Below are positions 26,719 through 37,313 of a DNA stretch of 64,000 bases, one piece after another. The number at the start of each line of letters is the position of its first letter. The stretch's first letter is position 1. A program made the position numbers and the translations under genes. Below the pieces are notes generated by a model. It searched no databases and was not told the DNA's origin. It worked only from the letters and a program-made list of their open reading frames with translations. The stretch lies in the NCBI GenBank assembly GCA_045536235.1, contig JAZSND010000036.1, positions 18,890-82,889 of the forward strand, given 5' to 3'. This stretch comes from Acutalibacteraceae bacterium (lineage in GTDB: Bacteria > Bacillota > Clostridia > Oscillospirales > Acutalibacteraceae).

Positions 26719-27465
26719 TTAAAAAATTGAGATTATCAAGCCCAATAAGAAGATAATCGGCCAATGAATTATATAAATTATCAAAGTTTTTCGTCCGATT
26801 GCAGCCAAAGGTGCAAAATGCAGCTTGTAAAATTGCTCAGGCAGCTGCTTTTTTTCGGCAGCTCTGCCAAAAAACGTACCGCAAAGGAACATAAATACAA
26901 AAGGCAGTATCGGGAAAAAGTCCGCTGAATAGTAGCCCGACGGCACAAAACCGAATACAGCCGTAAGCTCATTTACATACAGCGTATCGGGCAGGTCAAG
27001 CCACAGCAGCTTGCCGCTTTGCACATTGTAAGTCAGAATAAAAAGCACCAGGCAGACAGCAACGCCGACAGCTTCGGGAATTTTTTCAAGGCCTTTTCTT
27101 GAAACTGCAAACAGCAGCATTGAAACGCTGAGCAGGTGAAGAATTCCGAAGTGTATTTCAGCTCCCGTTATATCAAATCTCGGCAGCAGAAAAACAGTTA
27201 CCGCCGTAAAGCCAAGCGCAATCAGCAGCAAACGGAAGCCACGCTTGAAATTGCTGCGTGAAAGGTTTGATGAAAAGCCCGAAATCAATATAAACAGGCA
27301 GGCAAAGGGCGGCTGCAGCGGTTCGAAAAACTTCTGTGCATCGTTCATCAGCTCAAATCCGAACTGAACACCCAGCATATAAAACGCATGGTAAAACACC
27401 ATGAGGATTATTGCAAGCCCTCGTATTTCGTCAATTAAATGTATGCGTTTACTTTTTTGGTTCAA
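26719..27465 (-). CDS. DUF1624 / heparan-alpha-glucosaminide N-acetyltransferase-like membrane protein
   Basis: It has the N-terminal motif RIHLIDEIRGLAIILMVFYHAFY and multiple TM segments. It uses a TTG start with AAAGGAGA upstream. Confidence 0.6.
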   Translation of the reverse strand: MNQKSKRIHLIDEIRGLAIILMVFYHAFYMLGVQFGFELMNDAQKFFEPLQPPFACLFILISGFSSNLSRSNFKRGFRLLLIALGFTAVTVFLLPRFDITGAEIHFGILHLLSVSMLLFAVSRKGLEKIPEAVGVAVCLVLFILTYNVQSGKLLWLDLPDTLYVNELTAVFGFVPSGYYSADFFPILPFVFMFLCGTFFGRAAEKKQLPEQFYKLHFAPLAAIGRKTLIIYIIHWPIIFLLGLIISIF

Positions 27466-27480
27466 AATATTCTCCTTTTT

Positions 27481-27950
27481 AAATTACAATTTAGCGGCGA
27501 GTCGCCGCAGACAATGCGCCTATTGAAAATATCATTAATAATAAAAATGCATCAACGGCGGAGATTAAAAAAGCGTAAAAACAATATCAATATAAAAAAT
27601 GAAAAATGCTGTGAATTTGAACGAAACAGGCTGACGGGCTGAAGCTTTATTCATTTATCCGAGCGAGGGAACCATAGGCGGTAGAGCAAACTTAAAAGTC
27701 AGATTTACTTTTATAGCCGTTATGGCAGCAGAACAAAACATTTTTTGTTCTGTCTGCCGAGCGGATTGACTCTCGTCAGCCGTCGTGTAGTGCTTATAAC
27801 TCCAAAAGTTTTTTTGGTTACTTTTGTAACGCTTGACAAAAGTAACAATATCTTTACTTTAAAATTCCCCACACAATCCCTCAGTCAAAATTACAAGCTT
27901 TACACAAGGAAGCCCATTGGCAAACAAATTAACAGAGCGCTAAACTGTAA
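27481..27950 (+). repeat. intergenic repeat family, copy A
   Basis: It shares the core ...CATCAACGGCGGAGATTAAAAA...GCTGTGAATTTGAACG.AACAGGCTGACG...TTATCCGAGCGAGGGAACCATAGGCGG...GGTTACTTTTGTAACGCTTGACAAAAGTAAC... with copies at 43.3, 46.7 and 62.2 kb. Boundaries are +/-10 nt. Confidence 0.9.
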
Positions 27951-27951
27951 T

Positions 27952-29406
27952 TTAATTTACCGAAACGGATTCTTTCTGCTCAAGCTGCTGCGCACGTTCT
28001 CTTCTCTGCCGCAGCTCGTATTCTATGCGCAGTCTTTCGTTCTTGTCATCCTTTACAAAGGAAATAACAATAAGGTAAAGTGCTGCGCCGATAGCGGGAC
28101 CGAGTGCATACATCGGCCACTGCATTTTCATGAAGGTTACATTCTGTGCGGTGCGGGGCAACTTGCTGTCGTAGCGGAGAAGCTTCAGGATGATGCCTTC
28201 CATAAGGCTCGTTGTGCCCGTGTTGATTTTGCTTACGAAGTTCTGCATTGAGAATGATATACCCTCAATACGCACACCTGTGCGGTATTCAACATCGTCA
28301 ATCGAGTCGCTGGTGAGTGAACGGTGTGCAAAATCCTTGTTGCTGGTGAATACGCCGAAAACGCTGAACAGCATGCCGCATATAATAACCTGAACAGGGC
28401 TCTTGAAGCCGACAAAGAATGCGCCGACACGGCAGACGATTTCAGCAACGCTCGCTGTAACGAGCAGCTTTTTCATACCGCCGCATCTTTTGGCAAGCTC
28501 AGTTGCAAAGAAAACGGCTACGGCAGAGGTGACACCGCTGAGCGTGCCAAAAAGGAATTCGAGGTTCATGCCGTCAACACCGGGGAAGATGTTGTTTGCT
28601 GAGCTTTCAAAGAAATATGCATTCTGCACCTTGAAGTTGAGGTTGCAAAGTATTCTCGCAACGGAGATAAGGATAAGTGTACGGTTGTATTTGAGATAGC
28701 TGATAGTTTTGAGTATGTTTTCATTGGGCGTATCGCTCTGTACACGCTCCGGCATTTTGTGAGCGGACATTGAAATGATTTCACCGAGGAAGCCGAAGAT
28801 AAATGCGAACAGCAGGAAAACCTCGTAGTCGCTCAGCCCCATGCCGAGGAATGCGCTGCGGAAGGTCTGGAAAAAGCTTGCAATTGTGGAACCTGCACCT
28901 GCGCCGATGCCTGCCCATTTAGCAGCTCTTGAACGCTCCTGTGAGCTGGGCGAACAAACGGAAACCATGCCCCAGAGCGCAACATCCTGGAATGAGTAGA
29001 TGAAATCCCAGATGAAGAAAATGAGCAGTATGTAGCAGAGCTTGAGCGTTTCGGAAAGACCTTCGATGTTGAAGAACATCGCAAAGCTCAGCGCACCGAC
29101 AATCGGCGGAGTATATATAAGATACGGGCGCAGCTTTTCGCCCTTTTTGCTTCTGTGGCGGTCAACAAAGGAGCCGATGAACGGGTCGTTGATTGCGTCC
29201 CAGATGTTGCTTGCAAAGAAAATGCCGCCAACTTTACCTGCATCAATGTGAAGCATGTTGATGCAGAAGTATCGCAGCCAGCCCGAAATATAGCTGTAGG
29301 TCATGTTCTGACCTGCAAGACCCAGTCCGTAATTAAACAGCCTGCGGTTAGCTACGCTGTCACCCGATTCCTCTTTGGAAAAAATATACCTGACAGGGTT
29401 TTTCAT
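27952..29406 (-). CDS. glycoside-pentoside-hexuronide (GPH)/MFS-type sugar:cation symporter
   Basis: It is 484 aa with about 12 TM segments and a MelB/GPH-like N-terminus (YGLGLAGQNMTYSYISGWLRYF..., DAINDPFIGSFVDR). Confidence 0.75.
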   Translation of the reverse strand: MKNPVRYIFSKEESGDSVANRRLFNYGLGLAGQNMTYSYISGWLRYFCINMLHIDAGKVGGIFFASNIWDAINDPFIGSFVDRHRSKKGEKLRPYLIYTPPIVGALSFAMFFNIEGLSETLKLCYILLIFFIWDFIYSFQDVALWGMVSVCSPSSQERSRAAKWAGIGAGAGSTIASFFQTFRSAFLGMGLSDYEVFLLFAFIFGFLGEIISMSAHKMPERVQSDTPNENILKTISYLKYNRTLILISVARILCNLNFKVQNAYFFESSANNIFPGVDGMNLEFLFGTLSGVTSAVAVFFATELAKRCGGMKKLLVTASVAEIVCRVGAFFVGFKSPVQVIICGMLFSVFGVFTSNKDFAHRSLTSDSIDDVEYRTGVRIEGISFSMQNFVSKINTGTTSLMEGIILKLLRYDSKLPRTAQNVTFMKMQWPMYALGPAIGAALYLIVISFVKDDKNERLRIEYELRQRRERAQQLEQKESVSVN

Positions 29407-29661
29407 TAATGCATTACCTCTTTTCGGTATTTATATACCTTAAATATAACAAACACCAAAATATGTGTCAACACAGAAAATCAAATTTCAGGTCCTACAA
29501 GGCGGTAATTAATGAAAATTTTGTAACAAATTGTACAAATTAGCAGAAAGTTTATAGTGAAGTTTCTAACAAAATGCATTGAAGCTATTGAAATTCAGTT
29601 TAAGATTTGTTATGATAATTTCGTATAATTATGTGCGGATGGCTGAAAGGAGAATAAAGCT

Positions 29662-31563
29662 ATGGATAACGTACCGCTTTACTTGTTCAACAAGGGCGAA
29701 AACGCACGCAGCTATGAATATTTAGGTGCTCATTTTAACGGTGACGGTTCAGTTGTTTTCCGTGTATGGGCTCCGCATGCGGCGGCGGTCAGCGTTGTCG
29801 GTGAATTTAACGGCTGGCAGGGCGGCGCAAACCCGATGTACAGAATTGACGGCGGCGAAGTCTGGGAAACAACCGTACCCGACCTTCACGTTTTCGATAC
29901 CTATAAATTCTGCATTCAGACTGCTGACGGTCGTGAGCTGATGAAGTGCGACCCGTATGCATTCCATTCCGAAACACGTCCCGCAAACGCATCAAAGCTC
30001 TACAATATTGAGGGCTATGAGTGGCACGATGAAAAGTGGATGGAAACACGCAAAAAACAAAGTGTTTACAAATCCCCTGTAAATATTTACGAGGTTCACG
30101 CAGGCTCATGGAAGCAGTATGACGACGGCAATTTTTATTCCTACCGCAAGCTGGCGGACGAGCTTATTCCCTATGTCAGAAAGATGGGCTATACCCATAT
30201 TGAATTTATGCCGCTGAGCGAATATCCGTTTGACGGCTCATGGGGCTACCAGGTCACGGGCTACTTTGCCCCGACCTCACGCTACGGTGAACCCAAGGAC
30301 CTTATGTACCTTGTCGATAAGTGTCACGAGGCAGGTATCGGCGTTATTATGGACTGGGTCCCTGCGCATTTCCCCAAGGATGCACACGGACTTTATGAGT
30401 TTGACGGTGAACCCTGCTACGAATATGCCGATCCCCGCAAGGGCGAGCACTATTCATGGGGCACAAAGGTTTTCGACTACGGCAGAACACAGGTGCAGAG
30501 CTTCCTTTTGTCCAGCGCAGCAATCTGGCTTGACAAATACCATTTCGACGGATTGCGCATTGATGCGGTTGCTTCCATGCTCTATCTTGATTACGACCGT
30601 AAGGACGGCGAATGGATAGCCAACAAGCACGGCGGCCACGAAAATTTAGAGGCTATTGAGTTTATACAAAAGCTTAACGAATCTATCTTCCGTGATTTTT
30701 ATGACTGCATGATGGTAGCTGAAGAATCCACGGCATTCCCCATGGTTTCAAAGCCGACGTTTATGGGCGGTCTGGGTTTCAACTTCAAGTGGAACATGGG
30801 CTGTATGAATGACTGTATGCGCTATTTCTCACTTGACGGCATTCACAGAAAGCATAACCACAACTGCCTGACCTTCTCATTCTTCTATGCGTTTTCTGAA
30901 AACTTTGTTCTTCCGATTTCGCATGATGAGGTTGTTCACGGCAAATGCTCGCTGATTAACAAAATGCCCGGCACATATGAAGAAAAATTTGCCGGTGTGC
31001 GCTCATTCCTCGGCTATATGTACGCTCATCCGGGCAAGAAGCTGCTGTTTATGGGCAGCGAGTTCGGTCAGTTTATTGAGTGGAAGTACGACAGCGGTCT
31101 GGATTGGCTGCTGCTTGATTACGATATGCATAAAAAGCTGCAGAACTATACCTGCGCTCTGAATAAATTTTATAAGAAAAACGCTCCCCTCTGGGAAATC
31201 GACTACGGCTGGGAGGGATTCAGCTGGATTTCAAGCGACGATAACACAAATTCTGTTATCGCATTCCGCCGTATAGACGAAAAAGGCAAGGAAATTATAG
31301 CTGTTTCCAACCTCACCACTGTACACCGCAGCGATTACAAAATCGGTGTACCTGTCGGCGGTACTTATGAGGTTGTGTTCAATTCAGATGCTGAGGAATT
31401 CGGCGGTACGGGCAAAGGCACAAGTGGCAAAATCAGGAGCATACCCGTTGCAATGCACGGACATGAGCAGTGCCTGTCGCTTGAGCTTGCAGGTATGAGC
31501 ACAATCTATATTAAGCTCGTACGGAAAAACGCCGTAAGGAGAAAAGGCGGCGATAAAAAATGA
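29662..31563 (+). CDS. glgB: 1,4-alpha-glucan branching enzyme
   Basis: It has FRVWAPHAAAVSVVGEFNGW and GH13 catalytic regions (DWVPAHF, GLRIDAVASMLY, MVAEEST, PISHDEV). Confidence 0.95.
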   Translation: MDNVPLYLFNKGENARSYEYLGAHFNGDGSVVFRVWAPHAAAVSVVGEFNGWQGGANPMYRIDGGEVWETTVPDLHVFDTYKFCIQTADGRELMKCDPYAFHSETRPANASKLYNIEGYEWHDEKWMETRKKQSVYKSPVNIYEVHAGSWKQYDDGNFYSYRKLADELIPYVRKMGYTHIEFMPLSEYPFDGSWGYQVTGYFAPTSRYGEPKDLMYLVDKCHEAGIGVIMDWVPAHFPKDAHGLYEFDGEPCYEYADPRKGEHYSWGTKVFDYGRTQVQSFLLSSAAIWLDKYHFDGLRIDAVASMLYLDYDRKDGEWIANKHGGHENLEAIEFIQKLNESIFRDFYDCMMVAEESTAFPMVSKPTFMGGLGFNFKWNMGCMNDCMRYFSLDGIHRKHNHNCLTFSFFYAFSENFVLPISHDEVVHGKCSLINKMPGTYEEKFAGVRSFLGYMYAHPGKKLLFMGSEFGQFIEWKYDSGLDWLLLDYDMHKKLQNYTCALNKFYKKNAPLWEIDYGWEGFSWISSDDNTNSVIAFRRIDEKGKEIIAVSNLTTVHRSDYKIGVPVGGTYEVVFNSDAEEFGGTGKGTSGKIRSIPVAMHGHEQCLSLELAGMSTIYIKLVRKNAVRRKGGDKK

Positions 31564-32645
31564 GCAAACCGGAAGGCGTGCTGCAATACGCAGGTATAAG
31601 CTCACCCTACAGAGGCAACTTTATCTGCTCGCTTGATGCCTTGCGATATTCACTCGAAAAGCAGGGCAAAGCGGTTGTCTATCTGTTCCCGTCAGGCACC
31701 GCAAAGCGTGGCTGGGCACAGGAACTCGCAAAAAGCATGCCGGTATATTTTCTGAGCGGAAATATTTTAAAAGATATTCTGCTCGTTCGCAAAATAATAA
31801 AAAAGCACAACATTAAAATAATTCATTCCCATTTTTTCAGTCTGCCTGTTTTGCTGCGTTTCAATATCGCAACGCTTTTTGCTAAGGTAAAGCAGGTGGT
31901 GCACCTTCATTGTGTGATGCCTGAAAACGGCGGCTTCAAGAGCGTTGCCGAAAAGCTGATAATGAAAAACAAAACGCTGATTGGCTGCAGCAAGGCTCTC
32001 ACTGAGCAGGGACAACGCCTGTTTCCGCAAAATGAAACACACTTTGTCAGCAACGCAATAATGTATGAGCGGCTTGACGGATATGAGGAGCTTGACAAGG
32101 CTGAGCTGGGTCTTGACAAAGGTGCAGAAACGCTGATGATGTTCGGCTTTCTTTACGAAATAAAAGGTGTGGATTTAGCGCTTGAAGCAATGAACACGCT
32201 TTGTGAAAAAGGTGAAAATCTTCAGCTGATTTTAATACTTACTTCAAATGAAGAAAGTATCAGGGAAAAAATTTCAAAGCGCTTTGGCGGTATACCGCAG
32301 TGGCTGCATATTCTGCCGCCAAGGAACGATATTGCAAGCTACTACCGGCTGTGCGATTTGTTTATCGCACCGAGCAGGAGTGAGGGCATGCCCTACTCCG
32401 TGCTGGAGGTAACGTCGCTTGCAATGCCGGCTGTGCTCAGCGATATACCTGCGCACAAAAACCTTGCTTTGAAAAATGCCGTTTATTTTGAAAGCGGCAA
32501 TGCCGGAAAATTAAGTGAAGCTATACAGACTGCTTTGAAATCGGCACAGGCAATGCCGCTCAAAGAGCAGGCAGAGCTTATCCGCAGCAGCTACACCCTC
32601 GATGAATGGACAAAGAGGGTTGAGCATATATATAATAAATTGTAA
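31560..32645 (+). CDS. GT-B fold glycosyltransferase (GT4-like) embedded in the glg operon
   Basis: It has the C-terminal EX7E-type region APSRSEGMPYSVLEVTSLAMPAV. It is 361 aa. The start overlaps the glgB stop (ATGA). Confidence 0.75.
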   Translation: MSKPEGVLQYAGISSPYRGNFICSLDALRYSLEKQGKAVVYLFPSGTAKRGWAQELAKSMPVYFLSGNILKDILLVRKIIKKHNIKIIHSHFFSLPVLLRFNIATLFAKVKQVVHLHCVMPENGGFKSVAEKLIMKNKTLIGCSKALTEQGQRLFPQNETHFVSNAIMYERLDGYEELDKAELGLDKGAETLMMFGFLYEIKGVDLALEAMNTLCEKGENLQLILILTSNEESIREKISKRFGGIPQWLHILPPRNDIASYYRLCDLFIAPSRSEGMPYSVLEVTSLAMPAVLSDIPAHKNLALKNAVYFESGNAGKLSEAIQTALKSAQAMPLKEQAELIRSSYTLDEWTKRVEHIYNKL

Positions 32646-32666
32646 AAACTCAAGGAGGTAATTATA

Positions 32667-33881
32667 ATGTCACAAAAAGCTGAATGCATAGCAATGCTTC
32701 TTGCAGGCGGTCAGGGCAGCAGACTCGGCATCCTGACAAAAAACATTGCTAAACCTGCCGTACCCTACGGCGGCAAGTACAGGATTATTGATTTCCCTCT
32801 TTCGAACTGTGTAAATTCCGGTATTTATACAGTCGGCGTGCTCACGCAGTATCAGCCGCTTGAGCTTAACGACTATATCGGCAACGGCGCAGCATGGGAT
32901 CTGGACCGTGCAAACGGCGGTGTACACATTCTCTCTCCTTACCAGCAGATAAAGGGCAGCGAATGGTACAAGGGCACAGCCAATGCTATTTATCAGAACA
33001 TCAACTTTATTGACAGATATGACCCCGAATATGTCTGTATCCTTTCGGGTGACCATATTTATAAAATGGATTATTCCAAAATGCTCGCTTTCCACAAGGA
33101 AAAACAAGCAGACTGCACAATCGCAATGCTTGAGGTTCCGTGGGAAGAGGCTTCACGTTTCGGTCTGATGCTTGTTGCGGATGACGGTTCAATCACAGCC
33201 TTTGAAGAAAAGCCCGAGGTTCCCAGCAGCAACAAGGCTTCCATGGGTGTTTACATCTTCACATGGAAAAAACTTCGTGAGTATCTTCTTGCAGACGAGG
33301 CTGACCCGAATTCAAGCAACGACTTCGGTAAAAACCTCATCCCCGCAATGCACAACGCAGGCGAAAGACTTTTTGCCTACCACTTTGACGGCTACTGGAA
33401 GGATGTCGGCACTATCGACAGCCTCTGGGAAGCAAATCTTGATTTGCTGCGTCCCTCTGTTGACCTTGATTTGTCCGACAATGACTGGAGAATTTATTCC
33501 AAGTCACCTGCTTCACCGCCCCATTTCGTTTCCGAAACAGCAAACGTTGAAAACTCAATGATGGCTGAGGGCTGCTGCATCGACGGCGATATTGATTACT
33601 CCGTTCTCTTTGCAGATGTTGTTGTTGAAGAGGGCGCAAAGGTTGATTCTTCTATCATCATGCCCGGCACAGTTATCAAAAAGGGTGCCGTTGTCCAGTA
33701 CGCAATCGTTGCTGAAAACGCCGTTATTGAATCGGGCGCCGTTGTTGGCGAAAAGCCTGAAAACGTACCCGACCGTGATGATTGGGGCGTTGCAGTTGTC
33801 GGCGCAGGTGTAACCGTCGGCGAGGGCGCAAAGGTCGCTCCCAAGGCTATGGCAGGCGAAGATGTGCCTGCTGCAAAGTGA
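32667..33881 (+). CDS. glgC: glucose-1-phosphate adenylyltransferase
   Basis: It has [37 protein letters not shown] and a C-terminal left-handed beta-helix region. Confidence 0.95.
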   Translation: MSQKAECIAMLLAGGQGSRLGILTKNIAKPAVPYGGKYRIIDFPLSNCVNSGIYTVGVLTQYQPLELNDYIGNGAAWDLDRANGGVHILSPYQQIKGSEWYKGTANAIYQNINFIDRYDPEYVCILSGDHIYKMDYSKMLAFHKEKQADCTIAMLEVPWEEASRFGLMLVADDGSITAFEEKPEVPSSNKASMGVYIFTWKKLREYLLADEADPNSSNDFGKNLIPAMHNAGERLFAYHFDGYWKDVGTIDSLWEANLDLLRPSVDLDLSDNDWRIYSKSPASPPHFVSETANVENSMMAEGCCIDGDIDYSVLFADVVVEEGAKVDSSIIMPGTVIKKGAVVQYAIVAENAVIESGAVVGEKPENVPDRDDWGVAVVGAGVTVGEGAKVAPKAMAGEDVPAAK

Positions 33882-33895
33882 GGAGGTAGATTAAA

Positions 33896-35011
33896 ATGAT
33901 CAGAGCAAAAAATGTTCTCGCTATTATCCATTCAAACTCTTATGACGAGGCTCTGCCTGCGCTTACAAATATGCGCACAATGGGCTCAGTCCCCTTTGGC
34001 GGCAGATACCGTCTTATAGATTTCACACTGTCAAACCTTGTCAACGCAGGCATCAGCAAGGTCGGTGTTCTCACAAAGAGCAACTACCAGTCCCTTATGG
34101 ATCACCTTGGCACAGGCAAGCCGTGGGATCTTTCACGTAAGCGCAGCGGTCTTTTCCTGCTGCCTCCGTTCCTGCTTGGCGAAACAAGCACAAACGACAA
34201 CCGCATCGAAGCTCTCAAGGGCAACATGAACTTCATCGGCAGAAGCAGTGAAGAATACGTTATCCTCGCAGACAGCAACGTTGTCACAAACTTTGATTTC
34301 AACGAGCTGATGAAATTCCACGAGGAAACAAATGCGGACATCAGCGTTGTTTACAAAAAGGGCAAAACACCTGACCTTACAAATATCATGACCTTTGATA
34401 TTGATGCGGACAGCAGGGTCAAGGCTGTTTCCGTCGGCTCAGAGAAAGAGGAGAGCAACTACTCCCTCAACATCTTCTTCATGAAGAAGGCTCTGCTTGA
34501 ACGCCTTATCAACGAGGCTTATGCAATGCATAAAAAGAGCATGACAGTCGATATTTTCCAGGCTAACTATGCAACCCTTCGCATCTGCGCTATGGAGTGC
34601 AAAAATTTTGCTGTTTCCATTGACTCGCTCGATACCTACTACCGTGCAAATATGATGCTGCTTGACAAAAGCAACAGAAACTGCCTGTTCAATAAAGAGC
34701 GTCCCGTTTACACAAAGGTTCGTGACGATATGCCCGCACTTTACGCTATCGACAGCGCTGTTAAAAACAGCCTTGTTTCCGACGGCTGCGAAATCAAGGG
34801 CGATGTATGCGGCAGCATACTTGGCAGAGGTGTTAAGGTTGAAAAGGGCGCAGTTGTCAAGAACTGTGTAATTATGCAGGACTGCTTTATCGGCGCAGGC
34901 GCACATATTGAAAACGTAATCCTTGACAAGAATGTTGTTATCAAGCCCGGCAAAACTCTTGTCGGTGCGGACGATTACCCGGTTTATGTAGGTAAGCGTA
35001 TCGTTATCTGA
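33896..35011 (+). CDS. glgD: glucose-1-phosphate adenylyltransferase regulatory subunit GlgD
   Basis: It is a GlgC paralog lacking the GGxGxRL loop (SVPFGGRYRLIDFTLSN). It occupies the position typical of the Bacillota glgC-glgD pair. Confidence 0.9.
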   Translation: MIRAKNVLAIIHSNSYDEALPALTNMRTMGSVPFGGRYRLIDFTLSNLVNAGISKVGVLTKSNYQSLMDHLGTGKPWDLSRKRSGLFLLPPFLLGETSTNDNRIEALKGNMNFIGRSSEEYVILADSNVVTNFDFNELMKFHEETNADISVVYKKGKTPDLTNIMTFDIDADSRVKAVSVGSEKEESNYSLNIFFMKKALLERLINEAYAMHKKSMTVDIFQANYATLRICAMECKNFAVSIDSLDTYYRANMMLLDKSNRNCLFNKERPVYTKVRDDMPALYAIDSAVKNSLVSDGCEIKGDVCGSILGRGVKVEKGAVVKNCVIMQDCFIGAGAHIENVILDKNVVIKPGKTLVGADDYPVYVGKRIVI

Positions 35012-35046
35012 TTATCAGGATTTTATTATAAAGAAGGAGAAAAGCT

Positions 35047-36471
35047 ATGAAGGTTTTATACGCAGCAAGTGAAGCGCTGCCCTTTATCGCCAGCGGCGGC
35101 CTTGCAGATGTTGCAGGCTCACTTCCGCAGGCTCTTCGCAAAAGGCTTATCGGCGCACGTGTTGTTATGCCGCTTTACGATACAATAAGCCAGGAGCTTA
35201 AGGATTCAATGACCTTTATTACGCATATTTCCGTGCCCGTTGCATGGCGCAGACAGTACTGCGGCATTTTTGAAGCACGTGCCGGCGGCGTAATTTACTA
35301 CCTTATCGACAACCAGTACTATTTCAAGCGTGACCGTATCTACGGCCACTATGATGATGCGGAAAGATTTGCTTTCTTTGCCCGTGCCGTGCTTGAAATT
35401 ATACCCCATATCGGCTTCAAGCCCGATATTATCCACTGTAATGACTGGCAGACGGCTATGACTCCCGTCTACTATTCAACAATGTATGCTGACCAGCCCG
35501 GATGGGAAAACATCAAAACCGTTTTCACTATTCACAACATCCAGTACCAGGGTGTTTACGGCATGGAGCTTATCAACGACGTGCTCGGTCTGCAGCCCGG
35601 CACAGAGCATATTGTTGAGTACAACGGCTGTGTCAACCTGATGAAGGGCGCAATTGAAACAGCAAACGTTGTTACAACCGTCAGCCCGTCCTATGCCAAC
35701 GAGATTCTTGACCCATGGTTCAGCCACGGTCTTGACAATATCCTTGAACAGCGCAGATTCAAGCTCAGCGGTATTCTCAACGGTATCGACGTTGAAAACT
35801 ACAACCCCGAAACCGACAGGAATATTTTTGCTAACTACTCTGCTGAGGATTTCTCAGCCAAAGCAGTCAACAAGGCAGAACTGCAAAAGCTGTTCAACTT
35901 GCCCGAAAAGGCAGATACACCCGTTATCGGTCTTGTCACCCGCCTTGTTTCCCATAAGGGTCTTGACCTTATCAAGGCTATACTTGATGAGCTGCTTGCC
36001 ACAACCGATGTGCAGATGATTGTGCTCGGTTCGGGCGACTGGCAGTATGAGGAATTCTTCAAGGAAATGGCAGGCAGATATCCCAATCAGCTGGGAATCA
36101 GACTCGGCTTTGTGCCCGACCTTGCCCGTAAGATTTACGCCGGCAGCGATATATTCCTTATGCCGTCAAAGAGCGAGCCCTGCGGTCTGTCACAGATGGT
36201 TGCGCTGCGCTACGGCTCAATCCCGATTGTCCGTGAAACAGGCGGTCTGAAGGATACCATTACAGACAGCGGCGACAACATGGGTAACGGCTTCACCTTC
36301 GCACGCTATAATGCACACGATATGCTGCACACTATCCGCAGAGCAGTCGAAGGCTATCAGAACAAGGAAGGCTGGAACATCCTTGTCAAACGTGCTATGG
36401 AGTGCAACAACAGCTGGAACCGTTCAGCTAACGAGTACATCCGTATGTACAAAAACGTTTTAAAAGGTTAA
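35047..36471 (+). CDS. glgA: glycogen synthase (ADP-glucose type)
   Basis: It has MKVLYAASEALPFIASGGLADVAGSLP and a C-terminal PSKSEPCGLSQM motif. Confidence 0.95.
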   Translation: MKVLYAASEALPFIASGGLADVAGSLPQALRKRLIGARVVMPLYDTISQELKDSMTFITHISVPVAWRRQYCGIFEARAGGVIYYLIDNQYYFKRDRIYGHYDDAERFAFFARAVLEIIPHIGFKPDIIHCNDWQTAMTPVYYSTMYADQPGWENIKTVFTIHNIQYQGVYGMELINDVLGLQPGTEHIVEYNGCVNLMKGAIETANVVTTVSPSYANEILDPWFSHGLDNILEQRRFKLSGILNGIDVENYNPETDRNIFANYSAEDFSAKAVNKAELQKLFNLPEKADTPVIGLVTRLVSHKGLDLIKAILDELLATTDVQMIVLGSGDWQYEEFFKEMAGRYPNQLGIRLGFVPDLARKIYAGSDIFLMPSKSEPCGLSQMVALRYGSIPIVRETGGLKDTITDSGDNMGNGFTFARYNAHDMLHTIRRAVEGYQNKEGWNILVKRAMECNNSWNRSANEYIRMYKNVLKG

Positions 36472-36477
36472 TTCCGT

Positions 36478-36514
36478 TAAAACAAAACGGGCAGCTGAAT
36501 TTTCAGCTGCCCGT
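36478..36514. terminator. bidirectional terminator between glgA and the XRE regulator gene
   Basis: A 13-bp perfect stem, ACGGGCAGCTGAA / TTCAGCTGCCCGT, has an A-tract upstream that becomes a T-tract on the minus strand. Confidence 0.75.
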
Positions 36515-36565
36515 AAGGTGCATCTATTGCAAAAATAATATATTATGATATAATTATAATACTGT

Positions 36566-37219
36566 TTAAGAAATATTATGTGTTGCTGCGTTTATGTATC
36601 TTGCGGCAATCCGCTCAACATAATTTTCAACGGAATCAATAAGGTTGTTGAAATATTCGGGGAAGTTTTTGGCGTACTGCTCATTTGCTTCACCGATGAT
36701 TTCTGTTTCGCCTACAAACAGACCGCTCCATACGGCATCGCAGATCTTCTGGAAAATAAAGTCGCTGTGGCGTGTGTCTGTTGTGAACCATTCCTTCTGA
36801 ATGTGTCCCTTGTTTATTCCGTGAACAATCAGCTTGTACTGTGCAATCGCAATAATCCACATCAGCTTGTCGCCGTATATGCTGTCGGTTGTTCTTTTTA
36901 CCTTTTCCGCAAAGAAATTCATGCAAAGCAGGACAAGCTGCATGTCAATTTTATCGTTGCCGGCCGCTTCAAGCAGCTGAAACTGGTCGTCGCCGCTGAT
37001 TATGCCGTATTTGCTGTCCTGTCTGCCGAGCAGGTAGTCGGTTGTAACGCCGAAATATTCTGCGCAGCGCACAACAAAATCAAGTCCGCATTCACGCACA
37101 CCCTTTTCGTAGTGCGAAAGTAATGCCTGCGATACGCCAAGGCTCATTGCCACTTCTTTCTGGCTTAAGCCTTTTTCTTTTCGCAGGGATGTTATTCTTG
37201 AAGCAAATGCTGTTGCCAT
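36566..37219 (-). CDS. XRE-family HTH transcriptional regulator with an uncharacterised C-terminal domain
   Basis: The N-terminal HTH is LRKEKGLSQKEVAMSLGVSQALLSHYEKG. It is followed by a domain of about 150 aa that I cannot classify. Confidence 0.8.
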   Translation of the reverse strand: MATAFASRITSLRKEKGLSQKEVAMSLGVSQALLSHYEKGVRECGLDFVVRCAEYFGVTTDYLLGRQDSKYGIISGDDQFQLLEAAGNDKIDMQLVLLCMNFFAEKVKRTTDSIYGDKLMWIIAIAQYKLIVHGINKGHIQKEWFTTDTRHSDFIFQKICDAVWSGLFVGETEIIGEANEQYAKNFPEYFNNLIDSVENYVERIAARYINAATHNIS

Positions 37220-37313
37220 ATGTAAAACCTCAGTTCAATCTGTATTTATACGCATAGTATAACAGCGGCTTCGACAAAAGTCAACATTAGAATTAAAAGT
37301 TTCGGAGAAACAA

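Noticed and set aside
37246-37262. The inverted repeat TTATAC-N5-GTATAA in the XRE / histidine-phosphatase divergent region, considered as a candidate operator.
   Set aside because: The arms are only 6 bp in AT-rich DNA, and there is no second copy. That is insufficient support to call a site.
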